Of a stretch of DNA of 64,000 bases, positions 18,015 to 27,760 are shown piece after piece. Source of the DNA: Candidatus Kuenenbacteria bacterium (GTDB taxonomy: Bacteria > Patescibacteriota > Patescibacteriia > UBA11705 > JABHMO01); assembly GCA_013202715.1 (NCBI GenBank), contig JABMRF010000023.1, forward strand, positions 2,327 through 66,326, written 5' to 3'. Numbering within the stretch: position 1 is the stretch's first letter; every line of letters begins with the position of its first letter. The notes beneath the pieces were generated by a model that searched no databases, had not been told where the DNA came from, and saw only the letters and a program-made list of their open reading frames with translations. A program made the position numbers and the translations under genes.

Positions 18015-19352
18015 ATGAACAACCAAAAAGCACACGTAATCGCCGTAGACATGGGTTACGGTCATCAACGCGCTGCATTTCCTTTGCGTAAATTGTCTCA
18101 CAACAAAAAAATCATTAATGCCAATGACTATAAAGGAATTCCAGCTTCTGATCGAAAGGTCTGGAGACAAAGTCGCAAAGGCTATGAATTTATTTCTCGA
18201 TTCAAAAAAACTCCAGTAATCGGAGAGATTGTTTGGGATTTATTTGACAAACTTCAGGCCATTCCCCCATTTTATCCCAAAAGAGATCTGTCCGAGCCAA
18301 CAATACAGGTTAAATCTACCATCTCTCTAATTAAGAGAAAAAAGTGGGGCAAACATCTAATCGACAAACTTGCGAAAAATCCTCTTCCCTTGGTTTGCAC
18401 ATTTTTCATACCTGCTTTCATGGCAGAAATTTTTGATTATCCCGGTGAAATTTATTGTCTTGGAACTGACACCGACCTCAGCCGTGCCTGGGTGCCACTG
18501 AATCCAGCGAAAAGTAGAATTAAATACTTGGCGCCAAACCATCGCGTTGAAAAGAGACTGCAGCTCTATGGTGTCAAACCGGAAAATATTTTCATAACTG
18601 GCTTTCCCCTACCGGACGAGCTCGTTGGTGGAGAAAAAGAAACAACGTTGCGGAAAGAACTTGGCTACCGATTGTTTACTCTTGACCCACAAAAAGTTTA
18701 TCTGGACAGATACAAAGAAACCGTTTCGCATCATCTGGGCGAGCACAATTTCCCAAAGAAAAAACATCACCCACTCACACTCATGTTTGCAGTTGGTGGC
18801 GCAGGCGCACAAAGAGAGCTTGGTATTGAAATTGTCAAAAGTTTACGAAAAAAAATCCGCCAAAAACAAATCCGCGTCATATTAGTCGCCGGCATTCACA
18901 ATAATGTTAGCAAATATTTCAAACAGGAAGTAAGAAAGCTTGGACTTGGCGATGAACTAAATAAAAGCATTAAAATTATTTACAGTCAAACAAAAGATGG
19001 CTATTTTAAAAAATTTAACAAAGCAATCAGTCACACCGACATTCTCTGGACAAAACCGAGTGAACTGAGTTTCTATACCGCTCTCGGATTGCCGATCATC
19101 ATGGCTCCGCCAATCGGTTCACAAGAACTTTTCAACCGAAGATGGCTCCGAGCAATTGGCTCTGGAATCAACCAGGAAGATCCTCGCTATACTGACCAAT
19201 GGCTTTTTGACTGGCTGAACAATGGCTGGTTTGCGGAGGCGGCTATGCAAGGATTTTTGGAAGCCTCAACCAGCGGAGCGGAAAACATTCGAAAGATTTT
19301 GGCACACAAGGAAAAGGAAATCAGTGAAATCAAGAAAATTTTGCAGTATTAG
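18015..19352 (+). CDS. GT28-family glycosyltransferase (MGDG synthase / MurG-like)
   Basis: N-terminal HVIAVDMGYGHQRAA (cf. G-GH-RA of the MGDG synthase N-domain). 445 aa. Confidence 0.45.
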   Translation: MNNQKAHVIAVDMGYGHQRAAFPLRKLSHNKKIINANDYKGIPASDRKVWRQSRKGYEFISRFKKTPVIGEIVWDLFDKLQAIPPFYPKRDLSEPTIQVKSTISLIKRKKWGKHLIDKLAKNPLPLVCTFFIPAFMAEIFDYPGEIYCLGTDTDLSRAWVPLNPAKSRIKYLAPNHRVEKRLQLYGVKPENIFITGFPLPDELVGGEKETTLRKELGYRLFTLDPQKVYLDRYKETVSHHLGEHNFPKKKHHPLTLMFAVGGAGAQRELGIEIVKSLRKKIRQKQIRVILVAGIHNNVSKYFKQEVRKLGLGDELNKSIKIIYSQTKDGYFKKFNKAISHTDILWTKPSELSFYTALGLPIIMAPPIGSQELFNRRWLRAIGSGINQEDPRYTDQWLFDWLNNGWFAEAAMQGFLEASTSGAENIRKILAHKEKEISEIKKILQY

Positions 19353-19402
19353 ATAATAAAAAGAAGGCCTCGCGATGCAGGGTCTTCTTTTTATTTTAAA
19401 TT

Positions 19403-20341
19403 TTATAATTCAACAGCTTCAACTTTCACACCCTTACCTTTATCGTATACAAACTTAACATTATATTTTTTTTCAGGGTCTGTGGTTGAAATTAATTTTC
19501 GGAGTTCATCCGCAACATTTAAACCATCCCTACTAATTCTAACTTCTTCAAACGCATAAGAAATACCTTTTAGCGCAGCCATAATGCCACCACCTCCTGA
19601 ATGATGTCTACTTATGTACTCAAAGTGATCTGGAATCGGTGGTAATTCAAATTTATTTGGATCAATTCTTTCCGGATTAATTCCACCAACCGCATCTTGC
19701 AAAGCAAAAAACGCTCGTCTTTCTTCAATAGTTTTTAATTCTCCAAACCCACCAACTTCTACTACCCCTTTATCAGAATATCTTTCAATTTTTACTTTCA
19801 TTCCATCAACTTCACCAATAGAGCCAATTTCTGGCACTTTTATTTTATCATCAGCTTTTAATCTTTTTAATTCTTTTCTAATCTTTTTTTCAACAAAACT
19901 CAAACAATGTTGCTGTAATTCATCATACGAATCATCTTCTCGACTAAGATATTGCTCACCATATTCTGGGCGCATCATTCGATAATAAGGATCATGAACT
20001 CCCTGGGCCACAAAGCCAGTTCCAGCCAAAGTCCAACGCTTTTCAATAGCATGTTTTATTCCTTCTAAGGCAAACAACATTCTAACATATAATTCTGGAT
20101 CATTTCTAGTTCCTTCCCAAACCTCCTTGCGTAAAGCTTGACGCGCTTGTTTTTCTGCTGGAGACAATGGCGCAATCCTGCCCAAAACTGCATCTTGCCA
20201 GGCAATTTCTAAAATATCATCAACATTAGAATCCGGATTTGTTAAGGCTGATTCGATCTCTTTATCATATCTTTGTTGCCAAGCTCCAGCGTTTTGTTTT
20301 AATTGTTCTGGAGAAAGGTCTCCCCCCATTTTTTCTTGCAT
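19403..20341 (-). CDS. Hypothetical protein with N-terminal MQEKMGGDLSPE motif
   Basis: The track ORF extends to 20428 and overlaps pyrG by 79 bp. Internal ATG at 20339-20341 gives MQEKMGGDLSPEQ..., matching the motif family at 13.4-16.4 kb, and leaves an 8-bp gap to pyrG. Confidence 0.5.
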   Translation of the reverse strand: MQEKMGGDLSPEQLKQNAGAWQQRYDKEIESALTNPDSNVDDILEIAWQDAVLGRIAPLSPAEKQARQALRKEVWEGTRNDPELYVRMLFALEGIKHAIEKRWTLAGTGFVAQGVHDPYYRMMRPEYGEQYLSREDDSYDELQQHCLSFVEKKIRKELKRLKADDKIKVPEIGSIGEVDGMKVKIERYSDKGVVEVGGFGELKTIEERRAFFALQDAVGGINPERIDPNKFELPPIPDHFEYISRHHSGGGGIMAALKGISYAFEEVRISRDGLNVADELRKLISTTDPEKKYNVKFVYDKGKGVKVEAVEL

Positions 20342-20349
20342 ATTTTTAT

Positions 20350-22038
20350 TTAATAATTCACAATCTGCAATTCCCCATCTTCCGTTTCTACGCCTCTGCT
20401 CCCATCTACTCCATTCTTCCCCATACATGCTTTCACAAACTCGTTAAAAAGCGGATGCCCTACGAGTGGCCTTGATTTGAACTCCGGATGAAACTGAGTT
20501 GCTACGAAAAACGGATGATCTGGAAGTTCGATTATTTCCACCAATCGGTCATCAGGTGATTTTCCGGCAAATACTAAACCGGCTTGTTCCAGTTGCTCCC
20601 GGTATTCATTATTTACTTCGTAGCGATGTCGGTGTCTCTCAGAAATTTCTTTTTTATTGTAAGCTTTGAAACTTATTGAATTTTCACTCAATACGCAGGG
20701 AAATGCGCCCAGTCGCATTGTTGAACCATAACGGTTGTGCTTAATATTTTCAACCTGATCAGGCATGATGTGAATGACCTGCTCCTTCGAATCAGAATCA
20801 ATTTCTTCCGAGGTTGCATTTGTAATTCCGCAAACATTCCTGGCAAATTCAATTGTAGCAAGCTGAAGTCCGTAACACAAACCAAAAAATGGAATCTTAT
20901 TTTCTCGTAAATATTTGATTGTTAAAATTTTTCCTTCAATACCGCGTGAACCAAATCCGCCCGGCACAATCACGCCATCATATTTTTTCAATTCCTCAAG
21001 TTTTTCTGGCTCTTTTTCATAAACCTCGGAATTAATCCATTCAATTTCAGGCTTTCTGTTGTGAAACCAACAAGCATGCTTGACCGCTTCGATTACGGAA
21101 ATATATGAATCTTTGAGAACAAAATCTCCAGTTTTGAAATACTTACCAACAATACCGATTTTAACCGGCTGATCCACAGTTTCAATTGTATTTACTAAAC
21201 TCTGCCAGTCAGCTAATCCGGGTGCGCCCATCTTCGGTCCCCAGCCAAACAGTTTAAGTATTTTATTACCAACCTCTTCCGCTTCAAAATTAATCGGAAT
21301 CTCATAAATTGATTCCACATCGGGTGCAGAAATAATATGGTCAGGAAAGATACTACCGGAAATTGCAATTTTTTGCTTACGAATTTTGTCCAATGGCTTT
21401 TCCGCGCGACACAAAACAAAATCAGCCCGAATACCGGCTGAATTTAAAGTTCTGATAGCGTACTGAGTTGGTTTGGTTTTCATTTCCCCCACTTTTGATG
21501 GAACTGGCAAAAATGAAACCAGTACAAAAATCACATCATGAAAATTCTGCATTTTCATCATTCTCGCGGCTTCGAGAAACAACATATTTTGATATTCACC
21601 AATTGTACCACCGACCTCAATTAACATTATCTCAGTTTCACTTTTTTTTGTAGCATCGGTAATGCGTCTAATAATTTCTTCTGGAATATGCGGAACCACC
21701 TCAACACATTTTCCTCCATATTCCAAATTGCGTTCACGCTCAATTACCGTCTGATACACCCGACCGGTCGTCATGTAGTTGTCTGACAAAATATTTTTAT
21801 CAAGAAATCTTTCGTAATTACCAAGGTCTTGATCAGTTTCGTCACCATCCTCAGTGACAAAAACTTCCCCATGTTCAGTGGGGTTCATTGTTCCGGCGTC
21901 AACATTAATATACGGGTCTATTTTGATCGCTGAAACTGAATATCCTTTCCCCTGCAAAACCCGACCAATGGACGCGGCGGCAATACCTTTTCCAACGCCA
22001 CTCATAACCCCCCCGACGACAAAAATATACTTAGACAT
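20350..22038 (-). CDS. pyrG: CTP synthase
   Basis: MSKYIFVVGGVMSGVGKGIAAASIGRVLQ...NPTEHGEVFVTEDG and a C-terminal glutamine amidotransferase domain. Confidence 0.97.
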   Translation of the reverse strand: MSKYIFVVGGVMSGVGKGIAAASIGRVLQGKGYSVSAIKIDPYINVDAGTMNPTEHGEVFVTEDGDETDQDLGNYERFLDKNILSDNYMTTGRVYQTVIERERNLEYGGKCVEVVPHIPEEIIRRITDATKKSETEIMLIEVGGTIGEYQNMLFLEAARMMKMQNFHDVIFVLVSFLPVPSKVGEMKTKPTQYAIRTLNSAGIRADFVLCRAEKPLDKIRKQKIAISGSIFPDHIISAPDVESIYEIPINFEAEEVGNKILKLFGWGPKMGAPGLADWQSLVNTIETVDQPVKIGIVGKYFKTGDFVLKDSYISVIEAVKHACWFHNRKPEIEWINSEVYEKEPEKLEELKKYDGVIVPGGFGSRGIEGKILTIKYLRENKIPFFGLCYGLQLATIEFARNVCGITNATSEEIDSDSKEQVIHIMPDQVENIKHNRYGSTMRLGAFPCVLSENSISFKAYNKKEISERHRHRYEVNNEYREQLEQAGLVFAGKSPDDRLVEIIELPDHPFFVATQFHPEFKSRPLVGHPLFNEFVKACMGKNGVDGSRGVETEDGELQIVNY

Positions 22039-22145
22039 GCGAAAACTAAGTTAATAAAAGTTAATGTAAGATAATTGAAGTTGCCTAAAAAGTACATCAG
22101 CTCAATTAACTTTCTTTTATTAACTCTAATTAGCTCTAATTAACA

Positions 22146-22598
22146 TCAATTAACTTTCTTAACAACTACCTTAAACTCACTCTTAATTCCCGCATCAACC
22201 ATTACCGGCACTTTATATTCACCCAATTTTTTAATCGCATCACTAAGCTCGATTTGCTTTGGCTTGAGATCAATTCCTTTTTCAGCTAAAGCAGTAATCA
22301 GTTTATCTTTTGAAATCCCGGCAAACAAAGTATTATTTTCATCAGCTTTTTCTTCAAAAACCACTTCAGTTGACCGCAATTGATTTGCCAGATCTTTTGA
22401 CCCCTTTGTTTTGGTTTTCTTCTCTTTTCCCTTTTTCTCATCTGTCATTTCAACAGAATATTTTTTTACATTGTGTTCTGTTGCTGGGACTGCTAATTTT
22501 TGCGGAAATAAAAAGTTTTGAGCGTAACCGTTGGCAACATTTTTAATTTCACCCTTGCGACCCATTTTTTCAATGTGTTTTAGTAATACTACTTGCAT
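22146..22598 (-). CDS. rplI: 50S ribosomal protein L9
   Basis: [37 protein letters not shown] matches the L9 N-domain. Confidence 0.9.
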   Translation of the reverse strand: MQVVLLKHIEKMGRKGEIKNVANGYAQNFLFPQKLAVPATEHNVKKYSVEMTDEKKGKEKKTKTKGSKDLANQLRSTEVVFEEKADENNTLFAGISKDKLITALAEKGIDLKPKQIELSDAIKKLGEYKVPVMVDAGIKSEFKVVVKKVN

Positions 22599-22602
22599 AC
22601 AT

Positions 22603-22676
22603 TAGTCTAGAGTCTTGAGTCAAAAGTCTAGAGTCAATTCACTACTTTTGACTTTTGACCATTGACTTTTGACTTT
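22603..22676. repeat. Palindromic intergenic element (MITE-like family)
   Basis: tagtctagagtcttgagtcaaaagtctagagtcaattcactacttttgacttttgaccattgacttttgac. Confidence 0.7.
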
Positions 22677-22729
22677 AAAAAACGAAGGATTTCCCCCGTT
22701 CTTAAATTTATTAATAATACTTGTTAATC

Positions 22730-23959
22730 CTACTTTGCTAGTAAAATCTCTACCGCTTTATCCAATTGCGGATCTTTTTCTGCTAAAAAATCTTCCTTAG
22801 TCAAATCAATTTCAACATCAGGGATAATCCCCTCTTCATTAATATTCTTTCCCTTTGGTGTCAACCATTTTGCAATTGTTATTTTAATGGAAGAGCCATC
22901 AGGTAATTTTTTCAAAGCCTGGACAGAACCCTTGCCAAAACTGGTCATACCAACAATTTTTGCAATGTTATAGTCCTGAAACGCACCGGCTACAATTTCC
23001 GAGCCAGAGGCGCTTCCCTGATTGATCAGAATAACAGTTTTGTAATCTTTCAATGCAGCTGATTTTCCAGCTGAATATTCGATCTCCCGACCATCACCAA
23101 ATTTTTCAATGGCTATTAATTCATTCTCAATCCACATTGAACTAATATCGAGCGCTGTTTCGAGCAGTCCGCCAGGATTATTTCTCATATCAAAAATAAT
23201 TCCCTTTGGCTTTCTGTTTTTAACTTCTAGAACAAACTCATTGAATAATTTATTTGTATCGCCGTTGAAGGCGTTAACCTCTAGATAAACCAGGCCGTCA
23301 TTTCTGAATTCCCATTTTACACTTTTCAATTCAATCACACCTCGGACAATTGTAATTTCCTGCGCTACTTCTTCACCCCGAACTATTAATAATTTGACCG
23401 GAGTTCCCTTTTCACCACGAATCAGATGAACAACTTCATCCAGCCCCATACCGAAAATTTCTTGATCATCAACGGCAAAAACCTTGTCCCCGGCCATTAC
23501 CCCAGCCTTGTCAGCCGGTGTATCTGGCAGAGGCGCAATAATAGTAACTATCCCGTCCTTGATTCCAATCTCCGCTCCAATTCCTTGAAATTCACCTGCA
23601 ATCTGATCATCAAAATCCTTTGCAGTTTGTGGCTCAAAAAGTACGGTATATGGATCATCAAGTCCAGCCACAAATCCTTTCAATGCTCCGTAATATAAAT
23701 CTTCTTCACTAATTTTATCTTTATCTACAAAATCATTTTGAATTATTGTCCAGACCTGTTTTATTAAACCACTATCAAAAACCTCAGGCAGTTTAGTTTG
23801 TTTATATAAATCTGGATTTACTTTATAATTAATTTTCCCGTCAGTTAATTTTCCGATAATAAACCCACCGGCAAAAAATACTCCCAATATTACCAAAATA
23901 AACAGAACGATAATTGTCTTTTTTACATTTTTGTTTTTGTTTTTATATCCATTTTCCAT
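22730..23959 (-). CDS. ctpA: C-terminal processing protease (S41 family)
   Basis: PDZ domain (GIGAEIG...PADKAGVMAGDKV) and S41 catalytic region (RNNPGGLL, GSASGSEI). Confidence 0.85.
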   Translation of the reverse strand: MENGYKNKNKNVKKTIIVLFILVILGVFFAGGFIIGKLTDGKINYKVNPDLYKQTKLPEVFDSGLIKQVWTIIQNDFVDKDKISEEDLYYGALKGFVAGLDDPYTVLFEPQTAKDFDDQIAGEFQGIGAEIGIKDGIVTIIAPLPDTPADKAGVMAGDKVFAVDDQEIFGMGLDEVVHLIRGEKGTPVKLLIVRGEEVAQEITIVRGVIELKSVKWEFRNDGLVYLEVNAFNGDTNKLFNEFVLEVKNRKPKGIIFDMRNNPGGLLETALDISSMWIENELIAIEKFGDGREIEYSAGKSAALKDYKTVILINQGSASGSEIVAGAFQDYNIAKIVGMTSFGKGSVQALKKLPDGSSIKITIAKWLTPKGKNINEEGIIPDVEIDLTKEDFLAEKDPQLDKAVEILLAK

Positions 23960-23982
23960 AACTTCATTTTTATTGTTAAAAT

Positions 23983-25233
23983 CTACACTCTTTTGATGTC
24001 CGCGCCCAAATTCTGCAAACGCTCTTCAATCTTTTCGTAACCGCGATCAATCTGGTAAATATTATCAATCTGTGTTTCGCCCTCAGCGATCAGACCCGCC
24101 AAAATGAGAGCAAATCCAGCTCTGAGATCAGGACTTTCCAGATGGCGACCAAATAATTTACTTGGGCCGTTAACAATCACCCGATGAGGATCGCACATAA
24201 TAATATTCGCGCCCATCTGTTTCAATTTATCTGTGTAAAAAAGGCGACCTTCAAAAATTGTTTCATGCACTAAACTTATTCCTTCGGCTTGAGTAAGTAA
24301 AACTGTAAATGGCTGTTGGAGGTCGGTAATAAATCCTGGATATTCGTGAGTTACAACATCTACTGATTTAACTTTTTGGGTCTGGCAAACTTCTACCCAG
24401 TCTTTTCCTAATTCATAGTCAACCCCCATCTTATCAAACGTACTCCACAAAGCCTCCAAATGATCGGGGCGACAATTAGTCACTCGAATTGGATCTCCGC
24501 ACAGAGCACCAAGGATTGCAAAACTTCCTGCTTCAACTCGGTCAGGAATGACTTCATATATATTAGCTGATAGTTTCTTAACTCCCTCAATTACAATTGT
24601 ATGTGTACCCGCACCTTCGATTTTCGCGCCACATCGGTTTAAATATTCTGCCAAGGCCGGTATTTCCGGCTCACATGCTGCATTTTTCAAAATTGTTTTA
24701 CCCTCCGCTAGTGTCGCGGTCATCATCAAAACTTCAGTAGCAGTAACTGAAATTTTTGGAAAAATAAAAGTCATACCTTTCAGCTTTTCAGCCCGAAAAT
24801 GATAATGATCCTGATTCTCTATTACTTCAGCTCCAAATTTTCTAAACCCGTCAATAAAAATATCAATCGGTCGCTGGCCAATCGCGCATCCACCTGGATG
24901 AGGTAAACGAACTTCACCATTGCGAATCAACATCGGACCAATTAGCAAAACGGCTGCCCGAATTTTCTTTACCAAATCAGCATCTAAGTCCGTTTGCTTA
25001 ATGTCTTTTGTTTGCATTTCAATCTCTCCATTTTCGCGAGCAAATGAGCTACCAACACTTTGACATAACTCAAGAAGCCGGTTTATCTCCTCGATATCCG
25101 GAACGTTTTTGATGATAATTTTGTCCTCAGACAAAAGTGAAGCTGCAATTATCTTCAAAGCCGCATTTTTGGCTCCATTTACAGATATTTCGCCTTTTAA
25201 TTTTTTATTTCCCTGAATGATGAATTTAGCCAT
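23983..25233 (-). CDS. murA: UDP-N-acetylglucosamine 1-carboxyvinyltransferase
   Basis: MAKFIIQGNKKLKGEISVNGAKNAALKIIAASLLS. Start moved to the MAKF Met; the track ORF begins 4 codons earlier. Confidence 0.93.
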   Translation of the reverse strand: MAKFIIQGNKKLKGEISVNGAKNAALKIIAASLLSEDKIIIKNVPDIEEINRLLELCQSVGSSFARENGEIEMQTKDIKQTDLDADLVKKIRAAVLLIGPMLIRNGEVRLPHPGGCAIGQRPIDIFIDGFRKFGAEVIENQDHYHFRAEKLKGMTFIFPKISVTATEVLMMTATLAEGKTILKNAACEPEIPALAEYLNRCGAKIEGAGTHTIVIEGVKKLSANIYEVIPDRVEAGSFAILGALCGDPIRVTNCRPDHLEALWSTFDKMGVDYELGKDWVEVCQTQKVKSVDVVTHEYPGFITDLQQPFTVLLTQAEGISLVHETIFEGRLFYTDKLKQMGANIIMCDPHRVIVNGPSKLFGRHLESPDLRAGFALILAGLIAEGETQIDNIYQIDRGYEKIEERLQNLGADIKRV

Positions 25234-25293
25234 ATTTAGATACAATTAACCTATTTTCAATGGTATCATACTTTAATAAAAAAGAAAATACTC

Positions 25294-25322
25294 TTGATTT
25301 TTCTATATAAATCTGGTAGAAT
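25294..25322 (+). promoter_or_regulatory. Promoter TTGATT-17-TAGAAT for 25376..26725
   Basis: ttgatt 25294-25299, 17-nt spacer, tagaat 25317-25322. Confidence 0.5.
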
Positions 25323-25375
25323 GCATTCAGTGTGATATGAGCACCAAATGCCCCAATTTTACTATTTAATTACGT

Positions 25376-26725
25376 ATGAATTTAGTAACTCGTCGAGTAA
25401 TAGCCACAATATTTATCCTAACCTTTGCGGTCTGCGCACCGATCTTAATTTTTTATACCGCAGGCTATCGTTATAATATAAAAAAAACAAAAATTCAAAA
25501 GTCCGGCGCTTTAGTTGTTGATACTGCTCCAAACGGAGCACAACTGTATTTGAATAATAAAAAGTTAAATAAAAAAACCCCGGTCCGTCTTAATAATCTA
25601 CTGCCAGATGAATATTTCATTGAACTTAAAAAAGAAAACTACTACGACTGGTCAAAAAAGTTATCCGTCAGAAGCCAGGAAACAACTTTTGCCGAAGACA
25701 TTATTTTGTTCCAAAAATCCGAACCTGAACTGATTAGTGAAAAAAACATAGCCTGGCTGAACTTTAGCCCGGACAACAAATTTGCGATTTATACAGTTAC
25801 TGACTTTTCACAGGATTATTTATATTTACTAAATCTAAGCAATAAAAAAAGTTATTTATTATTCAATAATAACTCAAACCTTACCGATCCGTCAGTAATC
25901 TGGGCAAAAAACAATTCATTCATATTATTTAACACAAAAGAACATTCAACCATTCTACCGACCTCAACAGCAACAGAAGTGAAGCCATTTGATTTGAATG
26001 ATCAAAATATAAAAGGGGAAAATTTTAAATGGAGCAAAAAAGACTCAAATATTTTATATTTCGAAACCGGTAACCAAGTCTTTGAGCTCAATGTACTATC
26101 GAAAAAAACCGAGCCAATTTTTTCTCTAGAAACTTCAGAAAAACTCTTTGATTATTACATGAATGATAAAGAAATTTTCATCATAAAACAAACAAACAAC
26201 AAAACTCTTCTTTCAAAATACCATCTAACAAATGACAACAAAAATTTACTTTTCAAAACAATTGAGTTAAAAAATTCAGCTTATAAATTCGATAACTTAT
26301 ATAATTCAAAACTGGGTTTCAATGACATTAACAATAATATTTTTTATCTTGTTAACAATGACCTTGATAAGATCCTTACCAATAAACAAAACGTTGAGCA
26401 CGCTGAATTACACGAAGATGCGAATTTATTACTCTTGCAAACAAATCAGGAGCTATCCTTTTTGGAATTATCAGCACCAACAATTGTTGAAAGAAACATT
26501 ACTCGCTACAGTCAGGGTCTTGAAAACGCCAAATGGCACAAATTTTCAAACTATACAATCGCCTTGCAAAACAATAAACTTCATATTATTGAACTTGACG
26601 ATCGTGATGGACACTTTTTCATTACTCTTCCATTTAAAAATGTAACCAGTTTTGGAATTGACTCAAATTCTGAAAACATCTTCTTTGTTCAAGACGGTTT
26701 TTTATGGAGCCTTTCCTTGGAATAA
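25376..26725 (+). CDS. Membrane-anchored PEGA-domain protein with beta-rich C-terminal region
   Basis: N-terminal TM, then PNGAQLYLNNKKLNKKTPVRLNNLLPDEYFIELKKENYYDW (PEGA-like). 449 aa. Terminator hairpin at 26753-26780. Confidence 0.5.
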   Translation: MNLVTRRVIATIFILTFAVCAPILIFYTAGYRYNIKKTKIQKSGALVVDTAPNGAQLYLNNKKLNKKTPVRLNNLLPDEYFIELKKENYYDWSKKLSVRSQETTFAEDIILFQKSEPELISEKNIAWLNFSPDNKFAIYTVTDFSQDYLYLLNLSNKKSYLLFNNNSNLTDPSVIWAKNNSFILFNTKEHSTILPTSTATEVKPFDLNDQNIKGENFKWSKKDSNILYFETGNQVFELNVLSKKTEPIFSLETSEKLFDYYMNDKEIFIIKQTNNKTLLSKYHLTNDNKNLLFKTIELKNSAYKFDNLYNSKLGFNDINNNIFYLVNNDLDKILTNKQNVEHAELHEDANLLLLQTNQELSFLELSAPTIVERNITRYSQGLENAKWHKFSNYTIALQNNKLHIIELDDRDGHFFITLPFKNVTSFGIDSNSENIFFVQDGFLWSLSLE

Positions 26726-26824
26726 TTATTACAACTTAGAATAAATAAAAACGCTTTCAAATCAATGAAAGCATTTTTTATTTGTCTTCTTTTTTATTAT
26801 TCACTAATCCCTAATCTCTATTCT

Positions 26825-27703
26825 CTAGTTACCCTTTGCCTGCCAGTAGACATGCGTTAGATAACTGCGCATAAAAGTGTTTACCGCGCCTCGTAATATT
26901 AGAAGAGCCAAAAGTATCAAAATTATTCCAAGAGTTACAGCTATCGTCAAACCAACTGGCCCAGCAGTAAAACTAAGGATAAGACCCAACAGAATAAATG
27001 GAATCACGAGAATTAACAATGCAACAATTACGCCAATACTGATACCTATCCATAATGCGATTTCCATCAATTTAACAACCAGTAACGCGCCAATATTAGC
27101 CCTAAACAATTGCCATCCTTTTTTAATAGAAGACCAGGCTTTTTCATTTTCTAAAACTGCAAAACAGTAGGAATAATGACGGAAGACAAAAATAAGCAAG
27201 TTATAAATAATCATCAGAACAGTTACAATAACGATTCCAATCCAGATTGTTCCGCCTTCACGTGCAAAAACAAAGATTAAGCCTAAAACTAAAAAAACTA
27301 AATTCAAAATTCCAAATAAAATTTCCATCAACAAAATTCTCCCAATTTTATTGAACCCACTCTTAAACAATTCAACAAATTTAACTGGGCTTCCAGCTTT
27401 AACTTTACTCAACCCAATCAAGATACTGGCATTTGCCCAAAAACCAATTAATACCAACGCTATTCCTAAAAGAGCAAGGCCAATGACCATGGCAATAACA
27501 CCTGGCTCAGAAAGACTAACACCAAGATTACCCATTGCTTCATTAAACGAAAAACCTTGTAAAGCTTCCGTGTCTTCTCTTGTTGGAATATTATAAATAG
27601 CACCTCCGCCACCGATAAATATTCCAAAAATCCAAAGAATTTTATTTTTTATTGTCCACTTCCATGATTTTCCTAAAATCTCACTATAAGCAATTTTAAG
27701 CAT
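26825..27703 (-). CDS. Polytopic membrane protein (hypothetical)
   Basis: 292 aa, ~6 TM helices, Gly-rich segment GIFIGGGGAIYNIP. Confidence 0.5.
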   Translation of the reverse strand: MLKIAYSEILGKSWKWTIKNKILWIFGIFIGGGGAIYNIPTREDTEALQGFSFNEAMGNLGVSLSEPGVIAMVIGLALLGIALVLIGFWANASILIGLSKVKAGSPVKFVELFKSGFNKIGRILLMEILFGILNLVFLVLGLIFVFAREGGTIWIGIVIVTVLMIIYNLLIFVFRHYSYCFAVLENEKAWSSIKKGWQLFRANIGALLVVKLMEIALWIGISIGVIVALLILVIPFILLGLILSFTAGPVGLTIAVTLGIILILLALLILRGAVNTFMRSYLTHVYWQAKGN

Positions 27704-27760
27704 ACATTTTTCTTTTTATTTTTAAATCTTTTATCGTATCTATTATAGCAGATTATTATT

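Noticed and set aside
19403-20428. Long 341-aa version of the ORF overlapping pyrG by 79 bp
   Set aside because: An internal ATG at 20341 yields the conserved MQEKMGG...SPE N-terminus shared with paralogues and avoids the overlap, so I preferred the shorter gene.
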